Below, piece after piece: positions 37,141 to 50,720 of a stretch of 64,000 nt of DNA. Below the pieces are notes generated by a model. It did no database searches and was not told the DNA's origin. It saw nothing but the letters and a program-made list of their open reading frames with translations. The position numbers and the translations under genes were made by a program. The stretch comes from Hemiscyllium ocellatum (Eukaryota), in contig NC_083408.1 of assembly GCF_020745735.1 (NCBI RefSeq), positions 59,054,484 through 59,118,483 of the forward strand, given 5' to 3'. Each line of letters begins with the position of its first letter. Position 1 is the first letter of the stretch.

Positions 37141-38179
37141 GTCTTAGCTCAAAAATATGCCTATAAGACCATCTGTGGTATGGGTGGAGTGAAACTGAAA
37201 CCTATCAAAATCAAGTGAAAGCTTTCATGGGTGTATACAGTAACTCTTAGTAAGAAGACACCTGCTCAGAAGGTTGCACAGAGAGGAGAAGGCAGAGCTG
37301 TGTGGCGTAACAAAAAAAACACCGTTCTGGTGAAGTGGGGTACGTTCAGAACTTCTTTCCTGTACAGAAGGAAGGGATCAGAACAGACCGGTAAAACAGA
37401 ACAAAGACTTGCAAATGGAGGAGATCTGAGACACACACAAAGCATTGGGGAAACTCAGCAAGTTTGACAGTGTTAATGGAGAGAAAAATAGAGCCAATAT
37501 TTTGAATTCAGTGACTCATCATCAGTTTGATCTGCCAGTCTAGTTCATTGATGGGGCCTGGAGGCCCATCTGATATTCTTGTTTTGCAATAAGCAATTAT
37601 GTAAAGTCTGATAGTTCAGAGGGTCCTAACTAGAAAAGCCATGATAAACTTGCAGTGCTTTGGTTTTGATGGAGGGTCACTGGACTTGAAACATTCTTCT
37701 TCCTTCCATAGATGCTGCTAAACCTGCTGAGTTTCTCCAGACTTTTAGTTTTGCAACAGGACAGGACCTTTTTTGGAGATTTAAGAACATACACTTGCTG
37801 TTGGAAGTGGGTTGGGAAAGCTTTGATTGAGTGGAAAACTTTCACTGCATATTGTGATCAAGTGCAACAGGGGCAAATGAGTCTGCTGGAGAATAGAGAA
37901 CAAGCTTGCATTTGTTCTTGTAATACTACTTGAAGTACAATGTGCAGCTAAAAATGTTGTAACACCTATTTCAAAGGAATTTACAGGCAACTTACCAGCA
38001 AAAAGTCTTTTCTTTCCCAGTAAAAGTCTTAAAATGTCAATCCAGTTCTTTAATTATTTTTATTGATTTGTTTTGGAAATTTGTGTTGTGAAATTCAGTT
38101 CTTGTGTGGACCAGAATGGTTGGAATATCTTAGATTGCATGGTATTTTATATATTAACTTGATGTATTTTGTGTTCCAG

Positions 38180-38229
38180 GTCACAAATCACAGAGGGAAG
38201 AATTGGATTCTATCCTTTTTATATTTGAG
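38180..38229 (+). CDS. RALGAPA1: RALGAPA1 coding exon 3
   Basis: TTCCAG| acceptor, 50 nt encoding (G)HKSQREELDSILFIFE, donor GAG|GTAAGA. Confidence 0.95.
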
Positions 38230-38319
38230 GTAAGAATGCTAGATTTTGTTGGCTGTTGATGTTCCGTTAACTGGTGTAATATCTTTGAGGCAAGAATTTT
38301 TAAAAATTTTGTTTGTAAA

Positions 38320-41010
38320 ACAGCAAACGAAGTAACTCAGAGGAGCGAGGAATAAGGTGGGTGAACTTGTAGTATGGATTGGTACCTGAGACTTCGATGT
38401 TGTGGCAATTTCAGAGACATGGATAGAACAGAGACAGGAATGGTTGTGGCTGATTCCAGGGTTTAGATCTTTCATTAAGAACAGGGAAGGTGGTAAAAGA
38501 GAGGGAGGTGTGGCATTGTTAGCCAAGGACAGTATTATGGTGGCAGAAAGGATATCATCTACTGAGGTTTCATCTACTTAGGGAGTATGGGCTGAGGTAC
38601 GACACAGGAAAGGTCACCTGTTGGGAGTTTTCAATAGGCCTCTGAAAAGTTCCAGACATGTAGAGGAAAGGATTGCAAAGATGACTCTGGATAGGAACGA
38701 AAGTAACAGGGTGGTTCCGGGTCTTTAACCTTCCAAATATTGAATGGAAATGCTGTAGTATTTTAGATGGGTCAATTTTTGTCCAGTGTGTGCAGGAGGG
38801 TTTCCTGACACAGTATGTGGACAGGCCTGCAAGAGGCGAGACCACATTGTATTTGGTACTGAGTAATGAACCAAGCCAGGTGTTAGATTTGGAGATAGGT
38901 GAGCACTTTGGTGATAGTGACCACAATTCAGTTACGTTTACTTTAGCGATGGAAAGGGGTAGGTATATACCACAAGGCAAGAATTATAGCTGGGGAAAGG
39001 CACTTATGATATGATTAGGCAAGATTAGGAAAGCAAACTGCAGGGAATGGGCACAATTGAAATGTGGAGATTGTTCAAGGAACAGCTACTGCGTGTTCTT
39101 GATAAAGATGTATCTGTCAGGCAGGGAGGAAGTGGTCAAGCAAGGGAACTGTGGTTTACTAAAGTTGAATCTCTTGTCAAGAGGAACAAGGAGGCTTTTG
39201 TAAAGATGAGACGTGTAGGCTCAGTTAGAGTGTTTGAGAGTTAAAAGTTAGCCAGGAAAGACCTAAACAGAGAGCTAAGAGGAGCCGGGAGGGGACATTA
39301 GAAGTCTTTGGCAGGTAGGATCAAGGAAAACGCCAAAGCTTTCTAAAGGTATGTCAGAAATAAACAAATGACTAGAGTAAGATTAGGGCCAGTCAAAGGC
39401 ATTAGTGGGAAGTTGTGCATGGAATCCAAAGAGATGGGGAAGCACCAAATGAATACTTTTCATCAGTATTCACACAGGAAAAAGACAGTGTTGTCGAGGA
39501 GAATGCTGAGATACAGGCTATTAGACTTGATGGGATTGAGATTCATGAGGAGATGTTAGCAATTCTGGAAAATATGAAAATAAGTAGTCCCCTGGGCTGG
39601 ATGGGATTTATCCTCAGATTCTCTGCGAAGAGGAGATTGCTGAGCCTTTGGCTTTGATCTTTATGTCGTCATTGTCGACAGGAATTGTGCCAGAAGACTG
39701 GAGGATAGTAAATGTTGTCCCCTTGTTCAGGAAAGGAAGTTAGAGACAATCCTGGAAATTATAGACCAGTGAGCTTTACTTCGGTTTTGGGTAAACTGTT
39801 GGAAAGGATTAAATGAGATAGGATTTCTAATCATCTAGAAAGGAATAGTTTGATTAGGGATGGTCAACACGGTCTTGTGAAGGGTAGGTCATGCCTCGCA
39901 AACCTTATTGAGTTCTTTGGGAAGGTGACCAAACAGGTGGATGAAAGTGAAGCAGTTCATGTGGTGTATATGGATTTCAGTAAAGCATTTGATAAAGTTC
40001 CCCACGGTAGGATGGTGGTTGATGGGAAATGTTCATTCTGGAGTTCAGCTATCGGTGGTGTACCACAGGGATCTATTTTGGAGCCACTGCTGTTTGTCAT
40101 TTTGATAAATGACCTGGATGAAGGCATAGCAGGATGTGTTAGTAAATTTGCGGATGACACTAATGTCAGTGAAGTTGTGGACAGTGCGGAAGTGATGTTG
40201 CAGGTAACACTGGGACGTAGATAATGAGCAGAGCAAGACTGAGAGGTGACAAATGGAGTTTAATGCGGCAAAGCATGAGGTGATTCACTTTTTGGAAGGA
40301 CTAACAGGAATACAGAGTACAAGGCTAATGGTAACATTCTTGGTAGTGTAGATGAGCAGAGAGATCTTGGTGTCCACGTGCATAGATCCCTGAAAGTTGC
40401 CACCCAGGTTGATAGGGTTGTTCAGAAGGCATACGATGTGTTAGCCTTTATTGGTAGAGGAATTGAGTTTCGGAACCATGAGGTCATATTGCAGTTGTAC
40501 AAAACTGGTGTGGCCGCACGTGGAGTATTGCATACAGTTCTGGTTGCCGCATTTTAGGAAGGATTTTGAAGCACTGAAAAGGTGCAGAGGAGATTTACCA
40601 GGATGTTGCTGGTATGGATGGAAGGTCTTATCGGAAAGACTGAAGGACTTTAGGCTGTTTTCATTTTAGAGGAGAAGGTTGAGAGGTGACTTAGTCGAGA
40701 CGTACAAGATGATCAGAGGATTAGATAGGGTGGATAGTGAGAGTCGTTTTCCTCAGATGGTGATGGCCAGCACAAAGGGGCATGGCTTTAAATTTAGGGG
40801 TGATTAGATATAGGACAGATGACAAGTAGTTTCTTTACTCCGTAGCAAGGGCATGGAATGTCCTGCCTGCAACAGTAGTAGACTCGCCAAATTTAAGAGC
40901 ATTTTAATAATGGAATAATGTAGGTTCGATGGACTTCAGATTGCTTTCATAGGTCAATGCAACATCGAGGGCTGAAGGGCCTGTACTGTGCTATAATGAT
41001 CTGTGTTCAA
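38320..41010 (+). mobile_element. CR1 LINE ~2.7 kb (endonuclease, RT, 3' UTR) starting ~90 bp after RALGAPA1 exon 3
   Basis: ORFs 38790-39014, 39047-39244, 39850-40224 (YMDFSKAFDKVPH, GVPQGSILEP, KFADDT) and 40451-40669. Confidence 0.9.
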
Positions 41011-41761
41011 TGTTCATCTGAAATATTCCTTTTTTGAAAGGGTAAAATACACTTAAAGCAGGAAAATGAAATTTGAAGGATCAAGAGCAAAGAAGACACA
41101 AGAAAAGCAAAAATATTCTTACTTTAAAAATATTGATTTCATTTTTGCCTCCAGCTTATTGATTGCTGTCTTAGCGTATCACACTAAGATGAGATGGAAC
41201 AGAATTTGACTAACTTAGTCACTTTGAAGTCAGTGACAATGATTTGTGAAGATTGCATTACATAGTACTCCTTTTTCCATTCAATTGTATATCTTCCAAT
41301 TCAATCTCTCACTACCTTGGAAGAAAATCTAGTGTACTTTCAAGTTTTTTTTCACTTGCTTGAGTCTACTTTGGTCTCATTTTGTGTGTTTTCCACCAGA
41401 AGTAAAATTGAATATATCTTAATTGCAAGCAGAATTGAAGGAAGTGTTTTGAGGGATGCTTTTCTCCTTTTTCTTTTTTTGAAAAAAAGGATACAGAGCT
41501 AGAAGTTTAAAATTTTGTTTCCTAAAATTGATTCATACTCAACTTATTTGTTATCTCAGCTGATGGTACTGTTGGACAAGTCAAATGCCAGAATCTGGTT
41601 TCACCGATTCTACATTATTTTAGATAATTTGGTGGCTCATCACGACACACTATCCTGAGACTACAGAGTTTCTTTGACAGCATAACAAATATTGATTACA
41701 CAAAGGAAAGCCAAGAGAAACCCCAAGCTGTCTAAATCTAAAACACAGTTTGAAAGATCTT

Positions 41762-42074
41762 TTAGATTAGGTTAGATAGATTCCTTACAGTGTGGAAACT
41801 GCAATGTGAAACTTCAGCCCAATTAGTCCACACTGACTTTCCGAAGAGTAACCCACCCAGAACCATTTCCCTCCTAACACTCACACTGGTGGGCAATTTA
41901 GCATGGCCAATTCACCTGACCTGCACATCTTTGGATTGTGGGACGAAACCCACACAGGCATCGACAGGGGAGAATGTGCAAACTCCACACAGACAGTCGC
42001 CCGAGGCTGGAACCGAACCCGGGACCCTGGTGCTGTGAGGCAGCAGTGCTAACCACTGAGCCACTGTGCCTCCC
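41762..42074 (-). mobile_element. HE1-type SINE
   Basis: Reverse complement of the head, core and tail seen at 46915. Confidence 0.9.
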
Positions 42075-42329
42075 TTAACACACATTAACTTAATTACACC
42101 CCTTTATAAACTCTTGGCATCCTCCCCACAACCTTCTTTGCGACATGACAAAAGACCAGGGAGACATCATCCTGTCCCCTAGCCCCTACCGCTACTTTTT
42201 TTTAATGTTCATCCTCTCTACTGTCTTGAGAAGATGTCTTCCATGTCCTTTCCAGAATCTAGGCAATTATTGATGCTTGCCACCAATGCATCTGCTGTTT
42301 CTACAGGCAGGCACACAACACTTCCCCTC

Positions 42330-43030
42330 CCTCCAAAACCAAGGTTATGAGCTTGGAGACAAGGGATCAGGTTACATTAGGTAGTCTGAGGTACTACAGG
42401 AATTCCCTGAGATAATCTTGCTCACTAACTGGGCTTCTACTTTAGACGCTGATGAGGAGTGGAACCAGTACCAAGTCCCTGATGCCAAAATTTGCTTAGC
42501 TGCAAAGGAGGAGAGAAAGAAGAGCAGTAGAGCAACAACAATGAGGAATTCGTTAGTTTGGGCAACTACAGGGATTTGTGCAGCTATAGATATGACTCTT
42601 GGTTGGTTTGTTGCCTCACTGGTGCCAGAGCCGAGAGAGTGAAAAGCAGGACCTCAAAATCAGGTTCTTCAGTGCTACATGCCAGTGAAACAGGAGTGGG
42701 AGGTTTAAGCGATTTGAACACATACTTGGAGAATTGGTGTAGGAGGGAGTCCGTCAGATTTCTAAAACATGTTCGTGATTCTGGGGTTCATGGGATTTGT
42801 ACAAGACAGGATTTATCTTAGCAAAGCCAGTGCTAACATTATGGGAGAATTAGTGGTGCTGCTGTGGATGGTGGAACCTAGATTGGCAAAGGATGGAAAG
42901 GTGAGCTGGGGCTCAAATTAGAGGAGCAAAATTGGTAACAGGAAGTAGAAAAGTTATGAGCAAAATTAAATACAGAGAAAGCAAAGACTAGCATCAGAGA
43001 GGAACAGAACATGGAATAATGTGAAAAACT
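42330..43030 (+). mobile_element. Decayed CR1 ORF1 (SGNH/GDSL esterase) remnant
   Basis: FCSYRYDSWLVCCLTGARAE and LNTYLENWCRRESVRFL resemble the CR1 ORF1 esterase segment. Confidence 0.5.
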
Positions 43031-43037
43031 CAAATCT

Positions 43038-46000
43038 AGAGTCATAGAGATGTACAGCATGGAAACAACCCGTCCATGCCGACCAGATATCCCAACCCAA
43101 TCGAGTCCCATCTGCCAGCATCCAGCTCATATCACTCCAAACCCTTCCTATTCATATACCCATCCAAATGCCTCTTAAATGTTGCATTGTACCAGCCTCC
43201 ATAACATCCTCTGGCAGTTCATTCCATATACGAACCACCCTCTGCATGAAACAGTTGCCCCTTAGGTCTCTTTTATATCTTTCCCCTCTCACCCTAAACC
43301 TATGCCCTCTAGTTCTGGACTCCCCAACCCCAGGGAAAAGACTTTGTCTATTTATCCTATCCATGCCCCTCATGATTTTGTAAACCTCTATAAGGTCACC
43401 TCTCAGCCTCCGACGCTCCAGGGAAAACATCCCCAGCCTGTTCAGCATCTCCCTGTAGCTCAGATCGACCAACCTGGCAACATCCTTGTAAATCTTCTCT
43501 GAACCCTTTCAAGTTTCACGACCTCTTTCCAATAGGAAGGAGACCAGAATTGCACGCAGTATTCTTAACAGTGGTCTAACCAATGTCCTGTACAGCCACA
43601 ACATGACTTCCCAACTCCTGTACTCAATACTCTGACCAATAAAGGAAAGTATACCAAACGCCACCTTCACTATCCTATCTACCTGCGACTCCACTTTCAA
43701 GGAGCTATGAGCTTGTACTCCAAGGTCTCTTTGTTCAGCAACACTCTCTAGGACCTTATCATTAAGTGTATAAGTCCTGCTAAGATTTACTTTCCCAAAG
43801 TGCAGCACCTCACATTTATCTGAATTAAACTCCATCTGCCACTTCTTGGCCCATTGGCCCATCTGGTCCAGATCCTGTTGTAATCTGAGGTAACTCTTCG
43901 CTGTCCGATTTTGGTGTCATCTGCAAACTTACTAACTGTACCTCTTATGCTCGCATCCAAATCATTTATGTAAATTACAAAAAGTAGAAAGCCCAGCACC
44001 GATCCTTGTGGCACTCCACTGGTCACAGGCCTCCAGTCTGAAAAACAACTCTCCACCACTACCCTCGGTCTTCTACCTTTGAGCCAGTTCTGTATCCAAA
44101 TGGCTAGTTCTCCCTGTATTCCATGAGATCTAACCTTGCTAATCAGTCTCCCATGGGGAATCTTGTCAAACACCTTACTGAAGTCTTTATAGATCACATC
44201 TACTGCTCTGCCCTCATCAATCTTCTTTGTTACTTCTTCAAAAAATTCAATCAAGTTTGTGAGACATGATTTCCCACGCACAAAGCCATGTTGACTTTCC
44301 CGAATCAGTCCTTGCCTTTCCAAATACATGTACATCCTGTCCCTCAGGATTCCCTCCAACAACTTGCCCACCACCAAGGTCAGGCTCACCGGTCTAAAGT
44401 TCCCTGGCTTGTCTTTACTGCCCTTCTTTAAACACGTTTGCCAACCTCCAGTCTTCTGGCATCTCACCTCTGACTATCGATGATACAAATATCTCAGCGA
44501 GAGGCCCAGCAATCACTTCTCTAGCTTCCCAAAGAATTCTTGGGTACACCTGATCAGGTCTTGGGGAATAATCCACCTTTAACCGTTTCAAGGCATCCAG
44601 CACTTCCTCCTCTGTAATCTAGACATTTTGCAACATGTCGCCATCTATTTCCCTACAGTCTATATCTTCCATATTCGTTTCCACAGTAAATACTGATGCA
44701 AAATATTCGTTTAGTATCTCCCCCATTTTCTGTGGCTCCACACAAAGGCCGCCTTGTTGATCTTTGAGGGGCCCTATTGTCTCCCTAGTTACCCTTTTGT
44801 CCTTAATATATTTGTAAAAACCCTTTTGGATTCTCCTTAATTCTATTTGCTAACCCTATCTAATGTCCCCGTTTTGCCCTCCTGATTTCCCTCTTAAGTA
44901 TACTCCTGCTTCCTTTCTACTCTTCTAAGCATTCACTCGATCTATCCTGTCTATACCATGACATATGCTTCCTTCTTTTTCTTAAACGAACCCTCAATTT
45001 CTTTAGTCATCCAGCATTCTCTATACCTACCAGCTTTCCCTTTCACTCTGACAGGAATGTACTTTCTCTGGATTCTTGTTATCTCATTTCTGAAGGCTTC
45101 CCATTCTCCAGCGAACATCTGCCTCCAATCAGTTTTCGAAAGTTCTTGCCTAACACCATCAAAATTGGCCTTTCTCCAATTTAGAACTTCACCTTTTAGA
45201 TTTGGTCTATCCTTTTCCATCACTATTTTAAAACAAATAGAATTATGATCGCTGGCCCCAAAGTGCTCCCCCACTGACACCTCAGTCACCTGCCCTGCCT
45301 TATTTCCCAAGAGTAGGTCAAGTTTTGTACCTTCTCTAGTAGGTACATCCACATACTGAATTAGAAAATTGCCTTGTACACACTTAAGAAATTCCTTTCC
45401 ATCTAAACCTTTAACACTATGGCAGTCCCAGTCGGTATTTGGAAAGTTAAAATCTCCTACCATAACTACCCTATTATTCTTACAAATAGCTGAGATCTCC
45501 ATTACAAGTTTGTTTCTCGAATTCCCTCTGACTATTGGGGGGTCTGTAATACAATCCCTTTCTTATTTCTCAGTTCCACCCAAATAACTTCCCTGGATGT
45601 ATTTCCAGGAATATCCTCCCTTAGTACAGCTGTAATGCTATCCCTTATCAAAAATGCCACCTCCTCTCCTCTCTTGCCTCCCTTTCTATCCTTCCCATAG
45701 CATTTGTATCCTGTAACCATAAGCTGCCAGTCCTGCCCATCCCTGAGCCATGTTTCTGTAATTGCTATGATATCCCAGTCCCATGTTCCTAACCATGCCC
45801 TGAGTTCATCTGCCTTCCCTGTTAGCATTGAAATAAATGCAATTCAATTTATTAGCCCTACCTTGTCCCTGACTGTTTGACTCAATTCTGTTCTCAGCTG
45901 TACCTGTCTTAGATCGATCTCTTTCCTCACTATCTCCCTGGGTCCCAACCCCCACCTTACTAGTTTAAATCCTACCAAGCAGTTCAAGCAAATTTCCCTG

Positions 46001-46250
46001 CCAGTATATTAGTCCCTTTCCAATTTAGGTGCAATCCATCCTCCTTGTACAGGTCACTTCTACCCCAAAAAAGATTCCAATGATCCAAAAATGTGAATCC
46101 TTCTCCCATACACCAGCTGTATCCTCCAATTCCTGCCCTCACTAGCTCGTAGCACTGGAAGTAATCCAGATATTACTACCCTTGAGGACCTCCTTTTTAA
46201 ATTTCTGCCTAACTCTCTGCAATCTCCCTTCAGAGTTTCAACCTTTTCCC
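43038..46250 (-). mobile_element. CR1 LINE ~3.2 kb including ORF1 esterase C-terminus, endonuclease and RT
   Basis: Minus 45985-46120 reads WCMGEGFTFLDHWNLFWGRSDLYKEDGLHLNWKGTNILAGKFA (esterase DGLHLN). ORFs 45532-45828 and 44951-45502 (APE: AITETWL, MVGDFNFP), 43787-44467 (RT, FADD). Confidence 0.92.
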
Positions 46251-46689
46251 TAGGGCGCTGTTTCTGAACACATCTGAAACCTTTGCAGCAATGTTGATAA
46301 TTTGAATTCCCAAATAGAGATAAATGGATCTGATTTTAATTGGCATTGATTACCAAGACATGGTTAGAAATGATTAAAACTAGAACTAAATATTCAAAAA
46401 TGTTTGTAATTTAGTAGGGAAGGGCATAAAACGTACATGGAATAGTGTAGGTTAGATGGGTTTCAGATTGCTATGACAGGTTGGCGCAACATTGAGGGCT
46501 GAAGGGCCTGTACTGCGCTGTAATGTTCTATATTCTAAAAAACAAAACGAAGATGCACTCAGAATGAGGGATAAGATCTGTACTTTGTGAGGGAGGATCT
46601 TCGATCAAAGGATCAAGATATCGAATCAGTTTTGGTGGACCTGTTTTATAGGCCACGAACAGTTGTAGCAATGTGGGGCACAATATAGT

Positions 46690-47610
46690 TTAAAAAATCA
46701 CATAACACCAGGTTATAGTCCAACAGATTTATTTGGAAGTGCAAGCTTTTGGAGCATGATGTAAGTCGGGAAATTAGAGGTACCTGTAACATGGGTAATC
46801 TAGTATTAATGGCTATCCATGCAGACTCCGATCAGCACTAATGCAGTGAAGAATTAATTCTTGATGTGTGTACGAGTCAGTTTTGCAGCAGTATGTTGAA
46901 GAACCATAGTTAGTGGGCGGCACGGTGGCACAGTGGTTAGCACTGCTGCCTCTCAGCGCCTGAGACCTGGGTTCAATTCCCGACTCAGGCGACTGTCTGT
47001 GTGGAGTTTGCACGTTCTCCCTGTGGTCTGCGTGGGTTTCCTCCAGGTGCTCCAGTTTCCTCCCACAGTCCAAAGATGTGCGGGTCAGGTGAATTGGCCA
47101 TGCTAAATTGCCCGTAGTGTTAGGTAAGGGGTAAATGTAGGGGTATGGGTGGGTTGCGCTTGGGCGGGTCGGTGTGGACTTGTTGGGCCGAAGGGCCTGT
47201 TTCCACATTGTAAGTAATCTAATCTTAAAAAAAACCAATTTGGAAACAAGCTGTTTTAGATTGGTTTTCTGTAATGTGAAAAGGCTAATTAATCTTGCTG
47301 TAAAGGAGCCTTTAGGGAATAGTAACCACAATATGACAGAATTTTATATTATTTAAAAATGGTATAATTCACTCAGAAAATGGTACTCGTAAATCTGAAC
47401 AAACAAAACTATGATGTGGCAAAATTGATAACAGTGGATTTGGAAAATTTCTATTGCTCATTTCTCAATCCTTATTTTCTTAGGTAGCCATGATGTGGAG
47501 GTGCTGGTGTTGGACTTGGGTGGGCAAAGTCAGAAGTCACTCAACACTAAGTTATAGTACAATTGGTTTATTTGAAATCACAAGTTTCAAAGTGCTGCTC
47601 CTTCATCACT
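46690..47610 (-). mobile_element. Two pieces of a third Penelope-pLTR-like repeat (~46690-46755 and ~47495-47610)
   Basis: AAATCACATAACACCAGGTTATAGTCCAAC motif. Minus strand of 47580-47610 gives a degraded hammerhead-like UGAUGAAGGAGCAGCACUUUGAAAC. Confidence 0.5.
46915..47225 (+). mobile_element. HE1-type SINE (well preserved)
   Basis: GGGCGGCACGGTGGCACAGTGGTTAGCACTG A-box region, GGGTTCAATTCCC B-box, core and (TAATC)n tail. Confidence 0.92.
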
Positions 47611-49743
47611 CCATCTGATTTCCTTATTTTCTTAGTCATTCTTTATTAGTTTCGAAAGTCTGTCCGTTCATCTGATCTACCATCAATTTTGGCTTTTTTT
47701 CTTTATGCTTTTATGCGTAAATTATGCTTTTTCTTTAAATTTTATACAGTTACTAATATCCTTATTGAACCATGTGTTGTGCATCCTTCTCACAGACTTT
47801 CATACTCCATAGAATACTCTCCTTAAATGACTTCTGTTTCTCAGCTGTGTTACCTTTTTAACCTATTCATCCATACACTTGAGCCAATACATGTCTTCTT
47901 ACCCCCTATAAATGCCTTTATTTAAGTTTAAAACTTTCTTCTCTCCTCAATGTTTTACTTTGAGGTCATTCATTTATCTTATCTCGTTGCACTTTACTAG
48001 GTTTAATACAACCTTCTCCCTAGTTGGCCTTAAAATATACTGCTTTATGAAATCTGTCCTGAAAATACTGTCACCTATAAGGCTTCCTTTGTCAATCTGA
48101 TTTGCACAATCTATATGAAAATTTAAGATCACCTGTAATTTAATGCAGTATCTTTCTCTACATGGTTCCATTATTTCTTACTGGATATTCTGTAGGTACT
48201 GTTGAGAGCCTCTAAGCTATTCCCAGCAAGTGACTTGTTTGCTATTTCTTTCTCTCCCTAAATCGATTCTACACCTTAATCTCTAAACTGAGATAACCTC
48301 TCACCATTATACTAATGTAACTCCAAGTTTAAAGCTGGCCCACCACCTTTTCCTAGCCTCCTGCCCTGCTGAATACTTAGGCTCCAGCTTGGTGGTCTTG
48401 CAACCATCTCTGAAATGACTACTGGTCATTCATTTTGATTAATGCTCTTAGTTCTTGTGGTTTGAAAACTGTACACTTTCTGGTGCAGAGTGTTAAGATC
48501 TGCCTTTATATTTTCTTGCAGATTCCAGCCTTACATTCTGGTGCATTCTTGAGTTCTCAGCACAGTTCAGGAGAAGGTCACCCTAACTTTTCCCAGTACT
48601 GTACTGGAGCCCAACGAGTTTCCCACACCAGTCTCTGAACCACAATCCCTAAACTTATTTGCCTCACACCAATTTGCTCTTGGCTAGTCTATTACATTTG
48701 TGATTATACTTGCTAATTTCGTCTCTGGTTGCTCACAAATTCTGTCAAAGAGGCAATGAGTACGAGGCAAGTAGAAAGGGTTAATAAAATATTGTTAAAA
48801 ATATGTTGTTATTTTATTTACAATAAAGGTATTGGGAATATCTGTATTTAAATTTTTAGGGCATACTTTTCAGATGGGAAAGTTCCTATGGAACCTATAA
48901 TTTAAGAGGAAAATCTGACTCACATAGCTGTTTCATTTTAAGGGAGGAATTACTGGGTTCTGCAAGTAACTTCTGTTAATAGTTACATAAATGTAAAATG
49001 TTTCAAACTTTGCTTGATGTTAGTGCATCCCAGGAAATATTAAAAATTATTTACGCATTTTTTCTTGAAAATAAAAGAATTAAGGAATTTGATAAATATA
49101 ACAAGATCTTGATTGACTGAGAAATGAACTCGTAGGTATTCAGCCACAGTGGCAACGCCCATGATAGAGTCATTGATGTCTGATAAGTGAATGCGAACTT
49201 TCAATAGAATTAAGATATGCTGGAAGCTTGGGTGTAGTCCTTTGAAAACTCTGATAGGAATTTTGCACTATGATTAAACCAGTTTCTAAAATGTATTTAC
49301 TTGTTTACATTCAACTAAGATGTAGACTTCTGAAAATTAGTATCACTCACTTATTTAGAGAGTGATTCTGTTAAATGCAGCACATAGTTTGTAAAGTGTT
49401 TTTAGACAACGCAAGACTTTGCAAATTTAAAACATCAAAAGAGTTCTTTCCTGCTTGCTGCATGTCCACAGTAAAGAATTCTCATTAAATATGAACTTGC
49501 AAACCAATTCCTGACTAAATTTCAAAATTGAATTGCCGGTTGGCTATATCTTTGTTGCTTTGAGATTTGACTGTTCAAATCCACTCATCAAAAACTGGAC
49601 ATTCTAATTATGTCCTGTGAATACTGTGTAATCTTCGAACTCTAGCAAAAAGTCCCTTCATACATCAGCAGCTCACTTCTGTCGTTACACTTTTTTTCTG
49701 GTTTGTGCTCAAAGGTTGGGAGAGAGTTTTCTTTGCATTATTG

Positions 49744-49905
49744 CAAATGTGTTGCTGGTCAAAGCACAGCAGGCCAGGCAGCATCTCAGGAATAGAGAAT
49801 TCCTCAGGAATTCTCTATTCCTGAGATGCTGCCTGGCCTGCTGTGCTTTGACCAGCAACACATTTGCAGCTGTGATCTCCAGCATCTGCAGACCTCATTT
49901 TTTAC
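49744..49905 (+). mobile_element. Penelope-derived fold-back element: perfect 127-bp palindrome with 15-bp TSD
   Basis: 63-bp arms at 49742-49804 and 49806-49868 with no mismatch and a 1-nt centre, tail to 49905. TTCTTTGCATTATTG at 49729-49743 and 49906-49920. Confidence 0.88.
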
Positions 49906-50720
49906 TTCTTTGCATTATTGTCAACTTGGTGAATTGAATTTAAATTGGGTATCAAAATCTGTTGAGAGCAGCATTTGGAAACCCAGAAACTGATGGGAAC
50001 ATTGATTATGCAATGTTCTTGTGTCACATGAAGTCAAGTTGAATATCCTGATTAAGTTGTCCAATTTATTCAGTTTTGTCATTTAAATTAGGACTTTAAT
50101 CAGTTTGATAGTGTGGACAAGCCAACCATAAATAATTTTAAGCTCTCATAGCTTGCCATTTGGATATACATATCATGTAGAGTAGTTTTAAGAAAATGCT
50201 TCTGGTTTCATGATGCTATTTGGTATTAATTGGGTAAATAGGAGATGAAGGAAAAGACAAGATTCAAGAAAACAGGTTGTACATTGAAAAGTAATATTAA
50301 TATATGATACTAATGTTTCCTAGCATCATGTAGTATAGAAGAGACCTTTGGGCCATTGTGTCTGTACCAAAAATGCCACTCTAAATCAACACTTATTGCA
50401 TTTCAAGTTCTCATCCCAGGATGTAGTCGTTGAACAATACAAATGTGCAAGAATGTATCTTGCATACTAACCTATCTGTTGTTGGAAAGGATCTTGGAAG
50501 TGAGGCAAATCATGTAAATTATTTGTGTCAAAGGAAAATGAACTTCTATTTATGGTGTCTTTCATTACACCTGGCTGTAAAATGCTTGGGACACCCACTG
50601 GACAGCTTTTATAGTGTAGCCCCTATAATGTTGTAATCATAGGAATTGTCCATTAACAGTAAGTGTAGTAATGCCTAACTAATCTGCTTGAGTGATGTTG
50701 GTTGAGGGATAAATAGTGGG

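Noticed and set aside
46915-46990. Possible tRNA gene (also other SINE heads)
   Set aside because: A and B boxes are present but it continues into SINE core and LINE-like tail, with no full cloverleaf or terminator.
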